Below are positions 63,783-64,000 of a DNA stretch of 64,000 nucleotides, piece by piece. Position 1 is the first letter of the stretch. Every line of letters begins with the position of its first letter. The notes under the pieces are model-generated. The model had not been told where the DNA came from. It ran no database searches and saw only the letters and a list, made by a program, of their open reading frames with translations. The position numbers and the translations under genes were made by a program. This stretch comes from Spironucleus salmonicida (taxonomy: Eukaryota): assembly GCF_000497125.1 (NCBI RefSeq), contig NC_090602.1:744001-808000 (forward strand), written 5' to 3'.

Positions 63783-64000
63783 GGTTCGGTATCTCCGCTT
63801 GGCACAGCCACATACTGCCCTAAACTCGCAGTGAGCTAAAGTCCCGGCGCAGGAGACTGGTGCTAGGCCATGCTCGGCTGCCGCTTTAGGAGTCTTAGTA
63901 AGTAGAATTATATGGAATGGGAAACCTTGCTCTGCGAAATGGTGCAGTGGGCGCAGCCAAATGGCGGGTAGAGCGCAAGTGAGCATATCGGTATTAAATG

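Noticed and set aside
1-64000. tRNA, rRNA, spliceosomal introns, selenocysteine TGA readthrough, transposase or RT genes
   Set aside because: None recognised by eye and all conserved genes read through without introns; short or divergent cases cannot be excluded without covariance-model searches

Overview
This is eukaryotic protist DNA, almost certainly from a hexamitid diplomonad (Spironucleus/Hexamita/Trepomonas type). It uses the ciliate-type nuclear code (table 6: TAA/TAG = Gln, TGA the only stop), so the supplied ORF track fragments or misses most genes. Re-reading by hand gives about 50 apparently intron-less genes. Housekeeping genes include UPF1, FCP1-like CTD phosphatase, Ash2/Bre2, IQCA1/DRC11, Yip1, ceramide synthase, WD40, a HEAT protein and a FAM13-like protein. 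Endolysosomal genes include a membrane-anchored cathepsin C, two cathepsin B copies, a BPI-like protein and an amino-acid transporter. Bacterial-type genes include a flavodiiron protein, a ThrRS-domain uridine kinase, a NagB/PIG-L fusion and a thioredoxin with a signal peptide and TDEL tail. The window has three inverted duplications (about 1.06, 1.7 and 2.0 kb) plus a direct partial copy, and one duplication has created an in-frame chimeric uridine kinase. The most novel-looking signal is three families of 70-180 aa orphan microproteins. One is a Cys-Cys/'EFAGRIS' family with a PAM2-like motif, and all three members sit next to a member of a second, N-myristoylation-type 'MG[VA][LV]' family. 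The third is a 72-aa 'LSQI..SQE.FQ..NALTAH' family. All translations and family calls were made by eye, with no database searches.
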